Source: Paraglomus brasilianum (taxonomy: Eukaryota). Taken from it: 36,007 nt of DNA. Below are positions 34,915-36,007 of this stretch, in pieces. The position numbers and the translations under genes were made by a program. The notes under the pieces were generated by a model. The model saw only the letters and a program-made list of their open reading frames with translations. It did not search any database and was not told where the DNA came from. Each line of letters opens with the position of its first letter. Within the stretch, counting starts at the first letter, position 1. The stretch spans positions 1-36,007 of the forward strand of contig CAJVPI010000309.1 in NCBI GenBank assembly GCA_910592345.1, written 5' to 3'.

Positions 34915-35744
34915 TTGTTATTTTAGTTCTGTGATAACACTCGTTTTAAATTGGGTATTGTCTCGTTGTATCTTTGTACTTGCAGCAATAAGATAGTATT
35001 TTTCGTAATAGAAAGTTCCCTCTCGCCGGGAATTGTTTGAATCACTTGATTGCACATTTAGCTTAATAAAGTATCTGAAGGCTTACCAGGCCTATTGGAA
35101 ATATAACACCTTTAGCGTTCAATCGTAGGTGTAAACAAATAAAGAACGCAAAATTCCATATTGGAAATATAGAGAGTTCCGCTTGAACCAAATTTCTTGT
35201 TAAAAGCAATCACGGAATAACCGAAAAGTCTCTAACACGCCGGATGAGAGAGGAGGACTATTCCAACCGAATTAGTCACTAATGTCTCATTGACTGTCTT
35301 CTATGAGACCCTCAGTTTTTGGATATCGGGTGAAGGGACGCAAGCAGTTATATCACGTGACCATTTGTCATTAGTAGAGGCTTATGAGATTATGGTCGAT
35401 GTTGATATTAGGATAATAATCAGGTAATAATGCTGATGTTAAAGTTAGGAAAGAGTACATATTTGTTTTGTTAAATAATGACTACGAACGTTTTCGGTAC
35501 ATCATAACAAGTATTAGTATGCTGGCTAAAGAATAGACTCTTTCCGAGTTGTTTTTAGTATTTTACCGAATATGTGTAAATGCTTAAAGACCCCGTATGT
35601 CTTGATAGGTAAAACAAATTGAACATTATAAGCGCGATAAATAAACACTTGTTTATTAGAAATTGTTGACAACGAAATTTTAACGTTCTCGTGTTCATCA
35701 GCTACTATTGTACATTTTCAAAATTTGAGATTTTATGTCAAACT

Positions 35745-36007
35745 TTATTTAGTTTTTTCGTATTGCAGTTTACCATTCACATCTTTCTCTTTAAAACCGC
35801 TGTTAAAAAGAGCAAATATTTTCCTTGCCTTTTCAGTTCTTTTACGTAGAGTGTCGTTGGAGATTTTATCCCCAATTTGTTTTCGAACTTCTTCATCTGC
35901 GAAGCAGAGCGCTCTGCGCCTAACTAATGCTTTGGATGCTAAATCGCTATGGTCTAAACTTTTATAATAATCGCACATCGATAAATTTATTTTTGACATG
36001 AGCGATA
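35745..36007 (-). CDS. 3' part of a hypothetical protein or pseudogene of a family common in Glomeromycotina; continues beyond the window
   Basis: DEEVRKQIGDKISNDTLRKRTEKARKIFALF motif; frame open to the window edge; may be degenerate. Confidence 0.45.
   Translation of the reverse strand, partial: SLMSKINLSMCDYYKSLDHSDLASKALVRRRALCFADEEVRKQIGDKISNDTLRKRTEKARKIFALFNSGFKEKDVNGKLQYEKTK

Overview
Eukaryotic, AT-rich, intron-rich fungal DNA. Gene style and repeat families suggest an early-diverging Mucoromycota/Glomeromycotina-type genome (inference). Five apparently intact spliced genes lie on the + strand: a 19-exon neurofibromin/Ira RasGAP (~2582 aa), a SWR1/SRCAP-type chromatin remodeler, a 2OG-Fe(II) dioxygenase, a P-loop ATPase with a probable mitochondrial presequence, and a small 2-exon hypothetical gene. 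Around them are decayed mobile elements: at least four Tc1/mariner relics plus one orphan TIR, a Sola-like relic, a Mutator-like foldback MITE, a dispersed ~350-bp repeat and a PPR pseudogene. The most notable feature is only fragmentarily visible in the ORF track. Between NF1 and SWR1, on the minus strand, is a frameshifted, internally deleted Fanzor2 / IS607-TnpB-like RNA-guided nuclease relic. It has a candidate omegaRNA/right-end region downstream and three 34-bp tandem repeats at the presumed left end. All calls come from manual reading; no database searches were run.
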